This document shows positions 29,295 to 38,721 of a DNA stretch of 58,002 bases, piece by piece. The notes under the pieces are model-generated. The model was not told where the DNA came from and made no database searches. It worked only from the letters and a program-made list of their open reading frames with translations. The stretch covers positions 1 to 58,002 of the forward strand of contig JBBQMQ010000001.1 of assembly GCA_038329115.1 (NCBI GenBank), given 5' to 3'. Both the position numbers and the translations under genes were made by a program. This stretch comes from Bacteroidales bacterium. GTDB lineage: Bacteria > Bacteroidota > Bacteroidia > Bacteroidales > Paludibacteraceae. Positions within the stretch are counted from its first letter, which is position 1. Each line of letters starts with the position of its first letter.

Positions 29295-30515
29295 ATGAAA
29301 AATCAAAAAATAAAACAGTTGATTAACGCATGTTTAACGGTTTCAATGACATTTTTGCTTTTCAGTTGCACTGAATTAGGAAGTAATATTGACGTAGCTC
29401 CCGAAAATATAACGTTGCGGCAATTAATTGCAAAAAACTATCAAAACAGCAATTTTGCAATTGGAACCAGGGTTCAATCATTTTTTTTACTAAATCCACC
29501 ATTGTACAAAATATATGCTGCAGAATTCAAATGCTCGATGCCGGATAGCGTTTTTTCTCAAGAAACAGTTTATTCTTCTTTGGGAAGCGGCTGGACAAAT
29601 GACAAATACCGTGTTTTTATGACAGACGCACGTCGTCAAGGTCAGTTTCTGCGTGCAAAAGCTTCTATATCTTCAGAATGCTCTTCTTTTGCAAAAATGG
29701 ATAATACTTCCAGTTCAAACTTAGATTCATTAATGACTCATTATCTGACTAATTTGTCAACAGACCTCGAGGCCAACAAAGATGTGATTAAATGGATGGA
29801 TGTGGTTGATGATGCAATCGTAGTGAATGAAGTGAAAGGATTGGGTTATAATCATGAAAGTTCAACCAACACGATAACCTATCCGATTGGAAGTTATTTA
29901 GGACCACGTTTCGGAACAACAGATTTGGAATCGCCATGGACGTATATTGGTTTTGATACAACTTTGGTTCAGGGCAATCCCTTTATTATGCCAAAATATA
30001 TAACCAAAGCTTTTTCATTAGCTAATAAATATGCCCCCAATGTAAAGAAGATGTTTGTTCAAGATATGGACGATATGAATCCGTTGATTTGGAACAAAAT
30101 TAAAAATTGTATTCTTGCAATGCGTTCAAAAGGAATCAGAGTGGACGGTATCGGTTGGACCGGTTCTGTATCGTTAGGTTGGGAAAAAAACATTCAAAAT
30201 ATTCAGCAATTAAGTTTGTTGATTGACTGGTGCTATCTGAATAATGTTGAATTTTACATTACCGGACTACGAGTAAAAGTATCGAACATGCCAAATGATA
30301 ATGATCAATTGATTAATACTGCAACAGATCAAACAAGCACTATCACTTCCATTGTTCAACTCATGGCTACAAAAGCAGGAAGTGGAGCTGCAGGGTTATG
30401 GTTCGGACTATTCACAGGTGAATCGGTGAATGGACAAACTTTTGGAAATTTATTTGATACAAGTGGCGTTAAAACTCCTGTTTATGGTTCAGTAAGTTCA
30501 ATTTTTACTAAATAA
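29295..30515 (+). CDS. GH10-fold lipoprotein lacking catalytic glutamates (probable surface glycan-binding protein)
   Basis: Lipobox LFSC. WMDVVDDA corresponds to GH10 WDVVNEA, RVDGIGWTG to DGIGxQxH, and YITGLRV to ITELDV. Confidence 0.7.
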   Translation: MKNQKIKQLINACLTVSMTFLLFSCTELGSNIDVAPENITLRQLIAKNYQNSNFAIGTRVQSFFLLNPPLYKIYAAEFKCSMPDSVFSQETVYSSLGSGWTNDKYRVFMTDARRQGQFLRAKASISSECSSFAKMDNTSSSNLDSLMTHYLTNLSTDLEANKDVIKWMDVVDDAIVVNEVKGLGYNHESSTNTITYPIGSYLGPRFGTTDLESPWTYIGFDTTLVQGNPFIMPKYITKAFSLANKYAPNVKKMFVQDMDDMNPLIWNKIKNCILAMRSKGIRVDGIGWTGSVSLGWEKNIQNIQQLSLLIDWCYLNNVEFYITGLRVKVSNMPNDNDQLINTATDQTSTITSIVQLMATKAGSGAAGLWFGLFTGESVNGQTFGNLFDTSGVKTPVYGSVSSIFTK

Positions 30516-30538
30516 TAAATAAAGTAAAAAAATATATT

Positions 30539-33001
30539 ATGAAAAAATACTTTAAATATATGTGCGCTTTTGTGATGCCTATTCTGGCTTTAATAAGCTG
30601 TGACGACTCAGTTACTCTAAAACCGACAACCGATTTATATAACATAAAAAAGGAAACTGTAAATGTCTCTGCTGATCAAAAATCACTGACCTTCGATTCG
30701 CAGGCACATTTTGCCGATTTGCAATTTGAATCCAATTTTTGGTGGAGAATTGATACGGTTTTAGTTCCGGTAGTTGATGTGAATGTAGTTCCATACGAAG
30801 CACACAACTGGTTTTCGATTGCACCAACAAGCAATTTTGGAAAGCGACCAGTGACAATTACTTTAACCAGAAACATTGAAAAAGTAGATCGTAAAATTAT
30901 TCTTAAGTTTTTCTCCGAAAATGGAACTGAAGTAAAAGAGTTGGAACTTATACAAAAAGCATCTGTCGCTTTTTTAGAAGTGATTCCAAGCAAGACCGAA
31001 TTCAGTTTATTATCTAGTGTTTTGAATGTAAATCTGACAACAACCGAAAACTGGAGCTTGAAACTTCCATCATGGTGTTCAACTCCAAACTTGAGTGGTT
31101 CGAAATGTCGTGACAATAATATCGTTATTCAAGTTCAGAAAAACGAAACAAAAGTGGATAGAAGAGATACGATTAAGTTCTCTGGTGGTGGTATTACTCA
31201 ATCTTTTGTAATAGTGCAGGCAGGAACTTTTGAACAACCTAAAAATGTTACCTCAACAAATGGCGAAAGTCTGATAGTGCAGTGGACACGATCTACCGGA
31301 GCAATTGGGTATAAAATTAATTATTATCAACCGGGAACAAGTATCTTGATTGATACCCTTAATGTGCCTTTTATGAATAATTATCCTGAAACTGTTTCAA
31401 TGGATATCTCTTCGGTTCAAACATGGAAAGGTTATATCGGTGAAGCAGACATTACAGTTTCTGCCACGTTGGGCGAAAACCTTTGGATGGAAAGTGATTT
31501 GAATACAAAAGCAAGAATTAACACTCACTTTGCAGAATCGAATAATTCAGATGGAACTCAAAATAATCCTTATGTGGTAAAATTTGGTCGTCATTTTATG
31601 AATGTTGGTAAAAAACCGAATAGTAATTTTATTCAGGAAGCTGATATTGATATGACCGGTAAAACAAATTATGTTCCGATTGTTAATTTTACGGGTGTGT
31701 ATGATGGAGGGAATTATTCTATCAGTAATTTGGTTATGAATCCGGCAATAAATACTCCATACGGAATCTGGGGAATTGTTTCCGGTGCAAATGCGGTTAT
31801 TCGAAATCTAAAAATTAAAGATTGTACGATGAACATTACGCAATCGGTTTATCCGAATGAAGCTGGTATGATTGCAGGTCGACTTGATCAAGGAACAATT
31901 GATAATTGCCAATCTACGGGATGCCAACTAAAATCATCAAAAAACTCCAATATAGGTCTGGGTGGTATTGTAGGTTTTAATACAATGGGAAAAATCACTA
32001 ATTGCCGTACCTATACTGGATTAATTAGTTCTGCTACTGCTACGAATGCTTTTGATGGAAAAGGATATATATCTGTTGCAGCGTCACCTGTAATTGGAGG
32101 TATTGTAGGACGTAATGGGGCTTCTTTAAATACCGATACTGAATCTTTAATTGAAAATTGTACGAATTACGATTTCAAAATAATAGGAGGTGGATCCCAG
32201 GTTGGTGGTATCGTAGGTCAGAATAATTTCACTGTAAGAGCATGTGTAAATTATGCACTTATCAGAGCCGGAGCCCATGTTGGAGGGATTGCCGGAAGCT
32301 CCACGGCTACTGGAGCAACTAATGCGAACTTCTTAATTGAAAATTGTGCTAATTGGGGTAACATTAATGTCGAAAATGCTGGCAATTTTGCTCAGATTGG
32401 AGGAATCGTTGGCCGTGGAAATATTTCTGCTGCAGGTACAAAAATACCAACCATCAGAAATTGTTTCAACGCAGGAAATATTAGTTTTTTAAAACAAATA
32501 GGTGCTCAAATTCCAATTTCTCTTGGTGGAATTGCTGGATCGTTTGGGGGAGGTATTATTGTACATGATTGTTATAACACTGGAAGTGTAACATCACTTA
32601 TACCTGGTATTCAGAGCGATATTTCAGGAAGTATTATTTTAGGTGGTTTAGTAGCCGAATATGGAACTGCCCCTAATGTAACAAATTGTTATTCAGCTGG
32701 TACTGTTGGAGGAAGTACTTTTTATAGTGGATTGGTGGCTGGGCGTAAATTAGGAAACCCTATAAAAGCTGTAAATTGTTTCTACTTGTTACAAAGTGGT
32801 AGCAATGCTTATGGGTGGATTAGTTCTACAGCAACTGGAACAGATCCAATGGGCTTATCTTCGAGTCAAATGAAAGATCAAGCTCAGTTTATAGGTTTTG
32901 ATTTCAACACAGTATGGCAAATCGATCCGAATGTAAATAACGGATATCCAACTTTAAGAACTGTAAATGCACCTCCACCTTCCGCAATAAGACGTAAATA
33001 A
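30539..33001 (+). CDS. Lipoprotein with BACON-like Ig domains, FN3-like domain and GLUG-motif beta-helix
   Basis: Lipobox LISC, BACON-like segments (W...N...R...Q), DGTQNNPYVV, FTGVYDGGNYSISNL and many (I/V)GGI(V/A)G...NC.N repeats. Confidence 0.75.
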   Translation: MKKYFKYMCAFVMPILALISCDDSVTLKPTTDLYNIKKETVNVSADQKSLTFDSQAHFADLQFESNFWWRIDTVLVPVVDVNVVPYEAHNWFSIAPTSNFGKRPVTITLTRNIEKVDRKIILKFFSENGTEVKELELIQKASVAFLEVIPSKTEFSLLSSVLNVNLTTTENWSLKLPSWCSTPNLSGSKCRDNNIVIQVQKNETKVDRRDTIKFSGGGITQSFVIVQAGTFEQPKNVTSTNGESLIVQWTRSTGAIGYKINYYQPGTSILIDTLNVPFMNNYPETVSMDISSVQTWKGYIGEADITVSATLGENLWMESDLNTKARINTHFAESNNSDGTQNNPYVVKFGRHFMNVGKKPNSNFIQEADIDMTGKTNYVPIVNFTGVYDGGNYSISNLVMNPAINTPYGIWGIVSGANAVIRNLKIKDCTMNITQSVYPNEAGMIAGRLDQGTIDNCQSTGCQLKSSKNSNIGLGGIVGFNTMGKITNCRTYTGLISSATATNAFDGKGYISVAASPVIGGIVGRNGASLNTDTESLIENCTNYDFKIIGGGSQVGGIVGQNNFTVRACVNYALIRAGAHVGGIAGSSTATGATNANFLIENCANWGNINVENAGNFAQIGGIVGRGNISAAGTKIPTIRNCFNAGNISFLKQIGAQIPISLGGIAGSFGGGIIVHDCYNTGSVTSLIPGIQSDISGSIILGGLVAEYGTAPNVTNCYSAGTVGGSTFYSGLVAGRKLGNPIKAVNCFYLLQSGSNAYGWISSTATGTDPMGLSSSQMKDQAQFIGFDFNTVWQIDPNVNNGYPTLRTVNAPPPSAIRRK

Positions 33002-33022
33002 AAAAACATTTCAAATCTAAAT

Positions 33023-33062
33023 AGAAGAGTGTGTTTAAAAATTTATAAACATACTCTTCTTA
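33023..33062 (+). terminator. Terminator-like hairpin
   Basis: AGAAGAGTGTGTTTA pairs with TAAACATACTCTTCT (one G-U pair). Confidence 0.7.
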
Positions 33063-33159
33063 AAATTAGATGGGAAATATTAGCTAAGAACTTAAAAAGG
33101 ATTGAGTAATTGCGAATTGATAATTGCAGAAATATTAGAATTAAATAAAAAAAACGGAA

Positions 33160-35358
33160 ATGAAAAAATGGATTTTTAGTTTATCAACAATTAGTATACT
33201 TACACTTCAAATGGTCGCCCAAAAACCCATTTATTTGGATAATAATCAGCCCATTGAGAAACGCATTCAAAATGCACTTTCTTTGATGACAACAGAAGAA
33301 AAAGTGGCAATTTGTCATGCTCAATCGAAATTTACAAGTAAAGGTGTACCTCGTTTGGGAATTCCGGAGTTGATGTTGAGTGACGGCCCGCATGGTGTAC
33401 GCGAAGAAATTTGTTGGGACGAATGGGATCCAGCTGGTTGGAGTAGCGATTCTTGTTTGGCGTTCCCAGCTCTGACTTGTCTTGCTGCAACCTTTAACCC
33501 CGATTTATCCTTGGCTTATGGAAGAGCTATTGGTCAGGAAGCGCGTTATCGTCGTAAAGACGTATTATTAGGACCGGGAGTTAATATTTATCGCACACCA
33601 TTAAATGGTCGCAATTTTGAATACTTAGGAGAAGATCCATATTTGTCTTCAAAGATGTGTATTCCTTATATCAAAGGAGTTCAGGAGAATGGAGTTTCGG
33701 CCTGTGTAAAACATTTTGCATTAAACAATCAGGAATTTGATAGAAATACCATTAATGTAGAAGCAAGCGAACGAGCCTTGCAGGAAATTTATTTGCCTGC
33801 TTTCAAAGCTGCTGTTAAAGAAGGAAATGTATGGAGTTTGATGGGTTCATATAATCAATTTAGGGGAGAATTTTGTAGCCATAACAATTATTTAATTAAC
33901 AAAATTTTAAAACAAGACTGGGAATTTGATGGTGTAGTTATTTCCGACTGGGGTGCTACCCACAATACAAAACAAGCCATTAATAATGGACTGGACATTG
34001 AAATGGGTTCACACACAAATGGATTGTCTATCAGTTTATCAAATTCATATAATCAGTATTATCTCGCAAATCCATATTTAGAAGCATTAAAAAAAGGTGA
34101 AACATCAGTAGATATTTTAAATGAAAAAGCAAGTCGTGTGTTGCGTTTGATTTTCCGCACTTCCATGAATTCTAATAAGCCTTGGGGAAGTTTTGTAGCG
34201 AAAGAACACAGCAATGTTGCACGAAAAATTGCCGAAGAAGGCATTGTATTATTGAAAAATAGCAGCAATATCTTACCAATCCAACCAAGTGCATATAAAA
34301 CCATTGCAGTAATTGGTGAAAATGCAATTAAACGAATGACTTTGGGTGGTGGAAGTTCCGCATTAAAAGTTAAATATGAGATATCGCCATTAGAAGGCAT
34401 AAAAGATCGTTTTGGAAAATCGTCAGAAATAACCTATAGTCAAGGTTATGCTTCTGGAGCATCCATGTTTAAGAAGGTTTTGAAATGTAAGATGGATAAT
34501 GATTCTTTATTTAAAGTTGCTATCGAAACTGCAAAAACTGCTGATTTGGTAATTTTTGTTGGTGGCTTAAATAAAAATCACGAACAGGATTCGGAAGGTG
34601 GCGACCGTACTTCACTCAATTTGCCTTTTAATCAGGATAAATTGATTCAGGAAATACTCAAAGTAAATAAAAATACGATAATGGTTTTGGTAAGCGGAAA
34701 TGCGATAGCTATGCCATGGATAAATGATGTAAAAACCATTATTCAATCCTGGTATTTGGGTAGTGAATCCGGCAGCGCAATTGCTTCAGTTCTTTCAGGC
34801 GATTGTAATCCTTCAGGTAAATTACCGTTTACTTTCCCTGTAAAATTGAGTGATGTCAGCGCACATTCTTTTGGAGAAATTTCTTATCCGGGTATAAATC
34901 AGAATCAGGAGTATAAAGATGATATTTTGGTGGGATATCGTTGGTACGATACGAAAAAAATTGCACCTTTGTTTCCATTTGGTTTCGGTCTTTCCTATAC
35001 AACTTTTGAAATAGGAAAAGCAACTATCGATAAATCTGTTTGCACGGCTAATGATGAAGTTAAATTGTTATTGTCAGTAAAAAACACAGGTAAAATAGCT
35101 GGTGCTGAAGTTGTACAGGTATATATCAACGACGAAAAATGTTCAGTTCTTCGCCCTGCCAAGGAACTGAAAGCTTTTTCGAAGGTTGCTCTGTTACCTG
35201 GCGAAACCAAACTAGTCGAATTAAATTTACCGGTTAAAGAATGGGCTTTCTACAACGATAAAACAAGCAAATGGGAAATTGAACCCGGAAAATTTAATAT
35301 TTTAGTGGGAACTTCTGCGCTGGATATCTGTCAGAAAATTATTGTAAACGTAAACTAA
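33160..35358 (+). CDS. GH3 beta-glucosidase/beta-xylosidase, periplasmic
   Basis: Motifs SDGPHGVR, GRNFEYLGEDP, KHFALNNQE, ISDWG (nucleophile) and SEGGDR, plus a C-terminal Fn3-like domain. Confidence 0.93.
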   Translation: MKKWIFSLSTISILTLQMVAQKPIYLDNNQPIEKRIQNALSLMTTEEKVAICHAQSKFTSKGVPRLGIPELMLSDGPHGVREEICWDEWDPAGWSSDSCLAFPALTCLAATFNPDLSLAYGRAIGQEARYRRKDVLLGPGVNIYRTPLNGRNFEYLGEDPYLSSKMCIPYIKGVQENGVSACVKHFALNNQEFDRNTINVEASERALQEIYLPAFKAAVKEGNVWSLMGSYNQFRGEFCSHNNYLINKILKQDWEFDGVVISDWGATHNTKQAINNGLDIEMGSHTNGLSISLSNSYNQYYLANPYLEALKKGETSVDILNEKASRVLRLIFRTSMNSNKPWGSFVAKEHSNVARKIAEEGIVLLKNSSNILPIQPSAYKTIAVIGENAIKRMTLGGGSSALKVKYEISPLEGIKDRFGKSSEITYSQGYASGASMFKKVLKCKMDNDSLFKVAIETAKTADLVIFVGGLNKNHEQDSEGGDRTSLNLPFNQDKLIQEILKVNKNTIMVLVSGNAIAMPWINDVKTIIQSWYLGSESGSAIASVLSGDCNPSGKLPFTFPVKLSDVSAHSFGEISYPGINQNQEYKDDILVGYRWYDTKKIAPLFPFGFGLSYTTFEIGKATIDKSVCTANDEVKLLLSVKNTGKIAGAEVVQVYINDEKCSVLRPAKELKAFSKVALLPGETKLVELNLPVKEWAFYNDKTSKWEIEPGKFNILVGTSALDICQKIIVNVN

Positions 35359-35370
35359 AAAACATCCATT

Positions 35371-36957
35371 ATGGACTTTAAAAAATTTCCTTTATTTTCA
35401 GCCGGTTTGATTTTGCTTACACCAATACATGCTCAAAAAAGCGAAAATGGAAAGAAAATGAACGTTCTTTTCATTGCTGTAGATGATTTGAAACCAGTAT
35501 TAGGATGTTACGGTGATTCGCTTATTAAAACCCCCAATATTGATAAACTGGCTGCAAACGGAACTGTTTTTTTGCAAAACTACTGTCAGCAAGCCGTTTC
35601 GGGTCCCACACGTGCCAGTCTGATGACCGGCAAACGTCCTGATTACACCAAAGTTTGGGATTTGAAGACAAAAATGCGAGATATCAATCCGGATATTCTT
35701 ACACTTCCGCAATATTTTGGTCAACAAGGTTATTCAACTTCCGGAATTGGAAAAATTTACGATTCCCGTTGTGTTGACAGCCGAAAAGACGAGGATAAAC
35801 CATCATGGACAGTACCATATTACAACATCCCTGATAAATATTATTTCAACAATCAGCCACCGGTTTTGTATTATTACCAAAGCCCTGAAGCGAGAAAATT
35901 GGCAGAAAGTTTCAATGCTGATGCAAAATCGAAAGGAAAAAGTAAGGAAGAAGGTGATGCTTTTGGTGTAACACAATATAAACCATCGGTAGAATGTATT
36001 GATGTGCCAGATAATGCTTATAATGATGGAGCTGAAACAAACCGAGTGTTGGAGCTATTATCTGATTTATCAAAAAGCGATAAACCATTCTTTTTTGCAG
36101 TTGGTTTTGCACGTCCACACTTGCCATTTGTGGCTCCAAAGAAATATTGGGATTTATACAATCGGGAGGATATGCCACTTGCAAAATTTCAGGAACATGC
36201 TAAAAATAGTCCAGAGCTGGCTTATACCAATTCCGGAGAATTGCGTTCATATACCGATATTCCACCTTTAGCAAGTTTTACTGACATCAAAATTAATCGT
36301 TTAGGATTACCTAAAGAGAAACAAAAAGAATTGATTCACGGCTATTATGCAAGTGTATCCTATATTGATGCTCAGGTTGGTAGAATACTTAATCAACTAG
36401 ATGCATTAGACATGAGAGAAAATACCGTCATTATCCTTTGGGGTGACCATGGCTGGCATTTGGGCGATCACGATTTATGGTGCAAACACACTAATTTTGA
36501 AAATGCGGCTCGAGCGCCAATGATTATTTCCTCACCAAATATAAAAACAAATAAAACCACTTCACCAACGGAATTTGTCGATATATTTCCTACTTTGTGT
36601 GAGCTTTCGGGATTGGAAATACCAAAAAACCTTGATGGAAAAAGTTTAGTGCCGTTAATGTTGAACCCATCAGCAACCGTTAAAGAGTATTCAGTTAGCC
36701 AGTATCCACATGAAGGCAAAATGGGTTATTCAATACGAACTTCAAGATACAGGTTGACCTGGTGGATGGAAAATGGATTTCGAACTAATAATGCTTTTAG
36801 CGAAAATCTGATTGTTGCCAAAGAACTTTACGATTACGAAAAAGATCCATTGGAAACAATGAATGTAATTGGAGAAAAATCCTATAAAAGTACAGTTGCT
36901 GATTTAGATATTAAAATGCTTCAGTTCTTTGAAAGTCAGCGAATTGCAATAAAATAA
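35371..36957 (+). CDS. S1 (Ser-type) sulfatase, iduronate-2-sulfatase-like
   Basis: Motifs NVLFIAVDDLKP, SGPTRASLMTG, RPHLPFVAPKKYWD and WGDHGWHLGDH. Confidence 0.92.
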   Translation: MDFKKFPLFSAGLILLTPIHAQKSENGKKMNVLFIAVDDLKPVLGCYGDSLIKTPNIDKLAANGTVFLQNYCQQAVSGPTRASLMTGKRPDYTKVWDLKTKMRDINPDILTLPQYFGQQGYSTSGIGKIYDSRCVDSRKDEDKPSWTVPYYNIPDKYYFNNQPPVLYYYQSPEARKLAESFNADAKSKGKSKEEGDAFGVTQYKPSVECIDVPDNAYNDGAETNRVLELLSDLSKSDKPFFFAVGFARPHLPFVAPKKYWDLYNREDMPLAKFQEHAKNSPELAYTNSGELRSYTDIPPLASFTDIKINRLGLPKEKQKELIHGYYASVSYIDAQVGRILNQLDALDMRENTVIILWGDHGWHLGDHDLWCKHTNFENAARAPMIISSPNIKTNKTTSPTEFVDIFPTLCELSGLEIPKNLDGKSLVPLMLNPSATVKEYSVSQYPHEGKMGYSIRTSRYRLTWWMENGFRTNNAFSENLIVAKELYDYEKDPLETMNVIGEKSYKSTVADLDIKMLQFFESQRIAIK

Positions 36958-37020
36958 TCAATTACTAATCACATTTGATTTATTGAAAATACGTTTTACT
37001 CTTTTTAAATTCAGATAAAT

Positions 37021-38673
37021 ATGAACTACAAGAATGGAATTGCATTAGGCAGTATGTTTCTGCAAGCAATAACTGCATTTTCAGCCGAAGAAGTTACAAC
37101 AAAACCGAATATTGTTCTAATCATGACCGATCAGCAATCATATAATATGGTTAGTGCGCTCAGTAAGTACTATAGCCATATAAATAACTATGCATCAACT
37201 CCAAACATTGATAGATTAGTTAATTCAGGAATTGCTTTTACGAATACTTATTGTGCCAACCCCGTAAGTTTACCATCACGATTTGCTTTGTTTACAGGTG
37301 AATATGGTGGAAAATACGGGGTTACAGGTAATACGCCCACCGTCGATTTCAATGTAATGTCAGCAGTATATCAACGAAGTGCCATGGGGGTACTTTTTAA
37401 AAACAATGGATACGAAACTTTTTATGGTGGCAAAGTTCATCTACCTTATCCGTATCCCAATAAACCTTCCTACTACAATGATCCTTTAAATTATGGATTT
37501 ACAAATTATTTCTCGGGTGAAGAACGTGATGGGTTAGCAATTGATGCTGTGAACCTTATAAAGAACAGAACATCTACCACACCCATGTTATTGGTATTAT
37601 CTTTTCTAAATCCTCATGATATTTGTGCTGAAAATGGTTCAAATATATCCCCAATCGTAAATGTTGACCCACTTAAACCAGATATTGCTAAAAATGTTAA
37701 TTTATTCAGAGATAAGGTTGCGTCTTACGATTCGGTCTATTTTTATTCAAATATAGCTCCTGCACTTCCATTTAATTTTGCAAAACAAGCCAATTACCCC
37801 GCTTCCGCAAGTGGTGTTTTTAAAACCTACCCCGATTACTATTGGAGAAAATACCGCTGGATATATTCAGAAATGACTACACAGGTCGATACATCAATCG
37901 GTAAATTTTTGGATGCTATCGATCAATGGTCACAAAAAAACAACACAATAATTATATTTACATCTGACCATGGTGAAATGCAAGGTGCCCATCACACGGT
38001 ATTAAAAGAACTCCCCTTTGATGAGTGTCAGCGTGTACCATTTATTATTTCAGGAAAAGGAATAGTTCAGAACCAAGCCGATAATTCGTTGATATGCAAT
38101 GGTACAGATATGATTCCAACAATGTGTGAGTTGGCTGGTATACCTATTCCATCAAGCTTGAAAGGGATTTCGCTTGCTAAAAGAGCAACCATAAACACTC
38201 CTGTTACTCAGCGCTCTTATTTGTATCTCGAGGGCAGTTGGTTTAAACAGATTCTACAGAATCCAAGTTATAAATATACTTTATTGGAGAAAAATACGCC
38301 AAATGAAATTTTAATCAATTTGTCAAATGATCGCGGCGAAATGAATAATGTTTGTTCATCTAATTCAACTAATATTAATAAAACCACAGAACTTCGAACC
38401 ATTTTAAATAATGAAATGGCTACTGGCATTGATCCTACTTATGTTTCAACGATTAATATATTCCCAAACCCTGCCAGCAATTATATAATTTTGACAGGTA
38501 TAACCGAGTATAAAGATGTACATATTTATAATTTATTTGGCAAAGAAATTTCAAATTTCATTTCAAATCACTCTGTTTTAGATAACAGTTTGCAAATTAG
38601 TATAAGTGACTTACCAAAAGGAATTTATATTTTAAAAACAAATAAATTCTCTGGAAAATTTTCAATTAAATAA
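37021..38673 (+). CDS. S1 (Ser-type) sulfatase with T9SS CTD
   Basis: SLPSRFALFTG and TSDHGE, close paralogue of 14179..15585, with an extra C-terminal IFPNPASN...LPKGIYILK...KFSIK. Confidence 0.9.
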   Translation: MNYKNGIALGSMFLQAITAFSAEEVTTKPNIVLIMTDQQSYNMVSALSKYYSHINNYASTPNIDRLVNSGIAFTNTYCANPVSLPSRFALFTGEYGGKYGVTGNTPTVDFNVMSAVYQRSAMGVLFKNNGYETFYGGKVHLPYPYPNKPSYYNDPLNYGFTNYFSGEERDGLAIDAVNLIKNRTSTTPMLLVLSFLNPHDICAENGSNISPIVNVDPLKPDIAKNVNLFRDKVASYDSVYFYSNIAPALPFNFAKQANYPASASGVFKTYPDYYWRKYRWIYSEMTTQVDTSIGKFLDAIDQWSQKNNTIIIFTSDHGEMQGAHHTVLKELPFDECQRVPFIISGKGIVQNQADNSLICNGTDMIPTMCELAGIPIPSSLKGISLAKRATINTPVTQRSYLYLEGSWFKQILQNPSYKYTLLEKNTPNEILINLSNDRGEMNNVCSSNSTNINKTTELRTILNNEMATGIDPTYVSTINIFPNPASNYIILTGITEYKDVHIYNLFGKEISNFISNHSVLDNSLQISISDLPKGIYILKTNKFSGKFSIK

Positions 38674-38721
38674 CTAATATACACCTTTTTAATTTTATAA
38701 TTATATACTTTTTGAGAAAAA

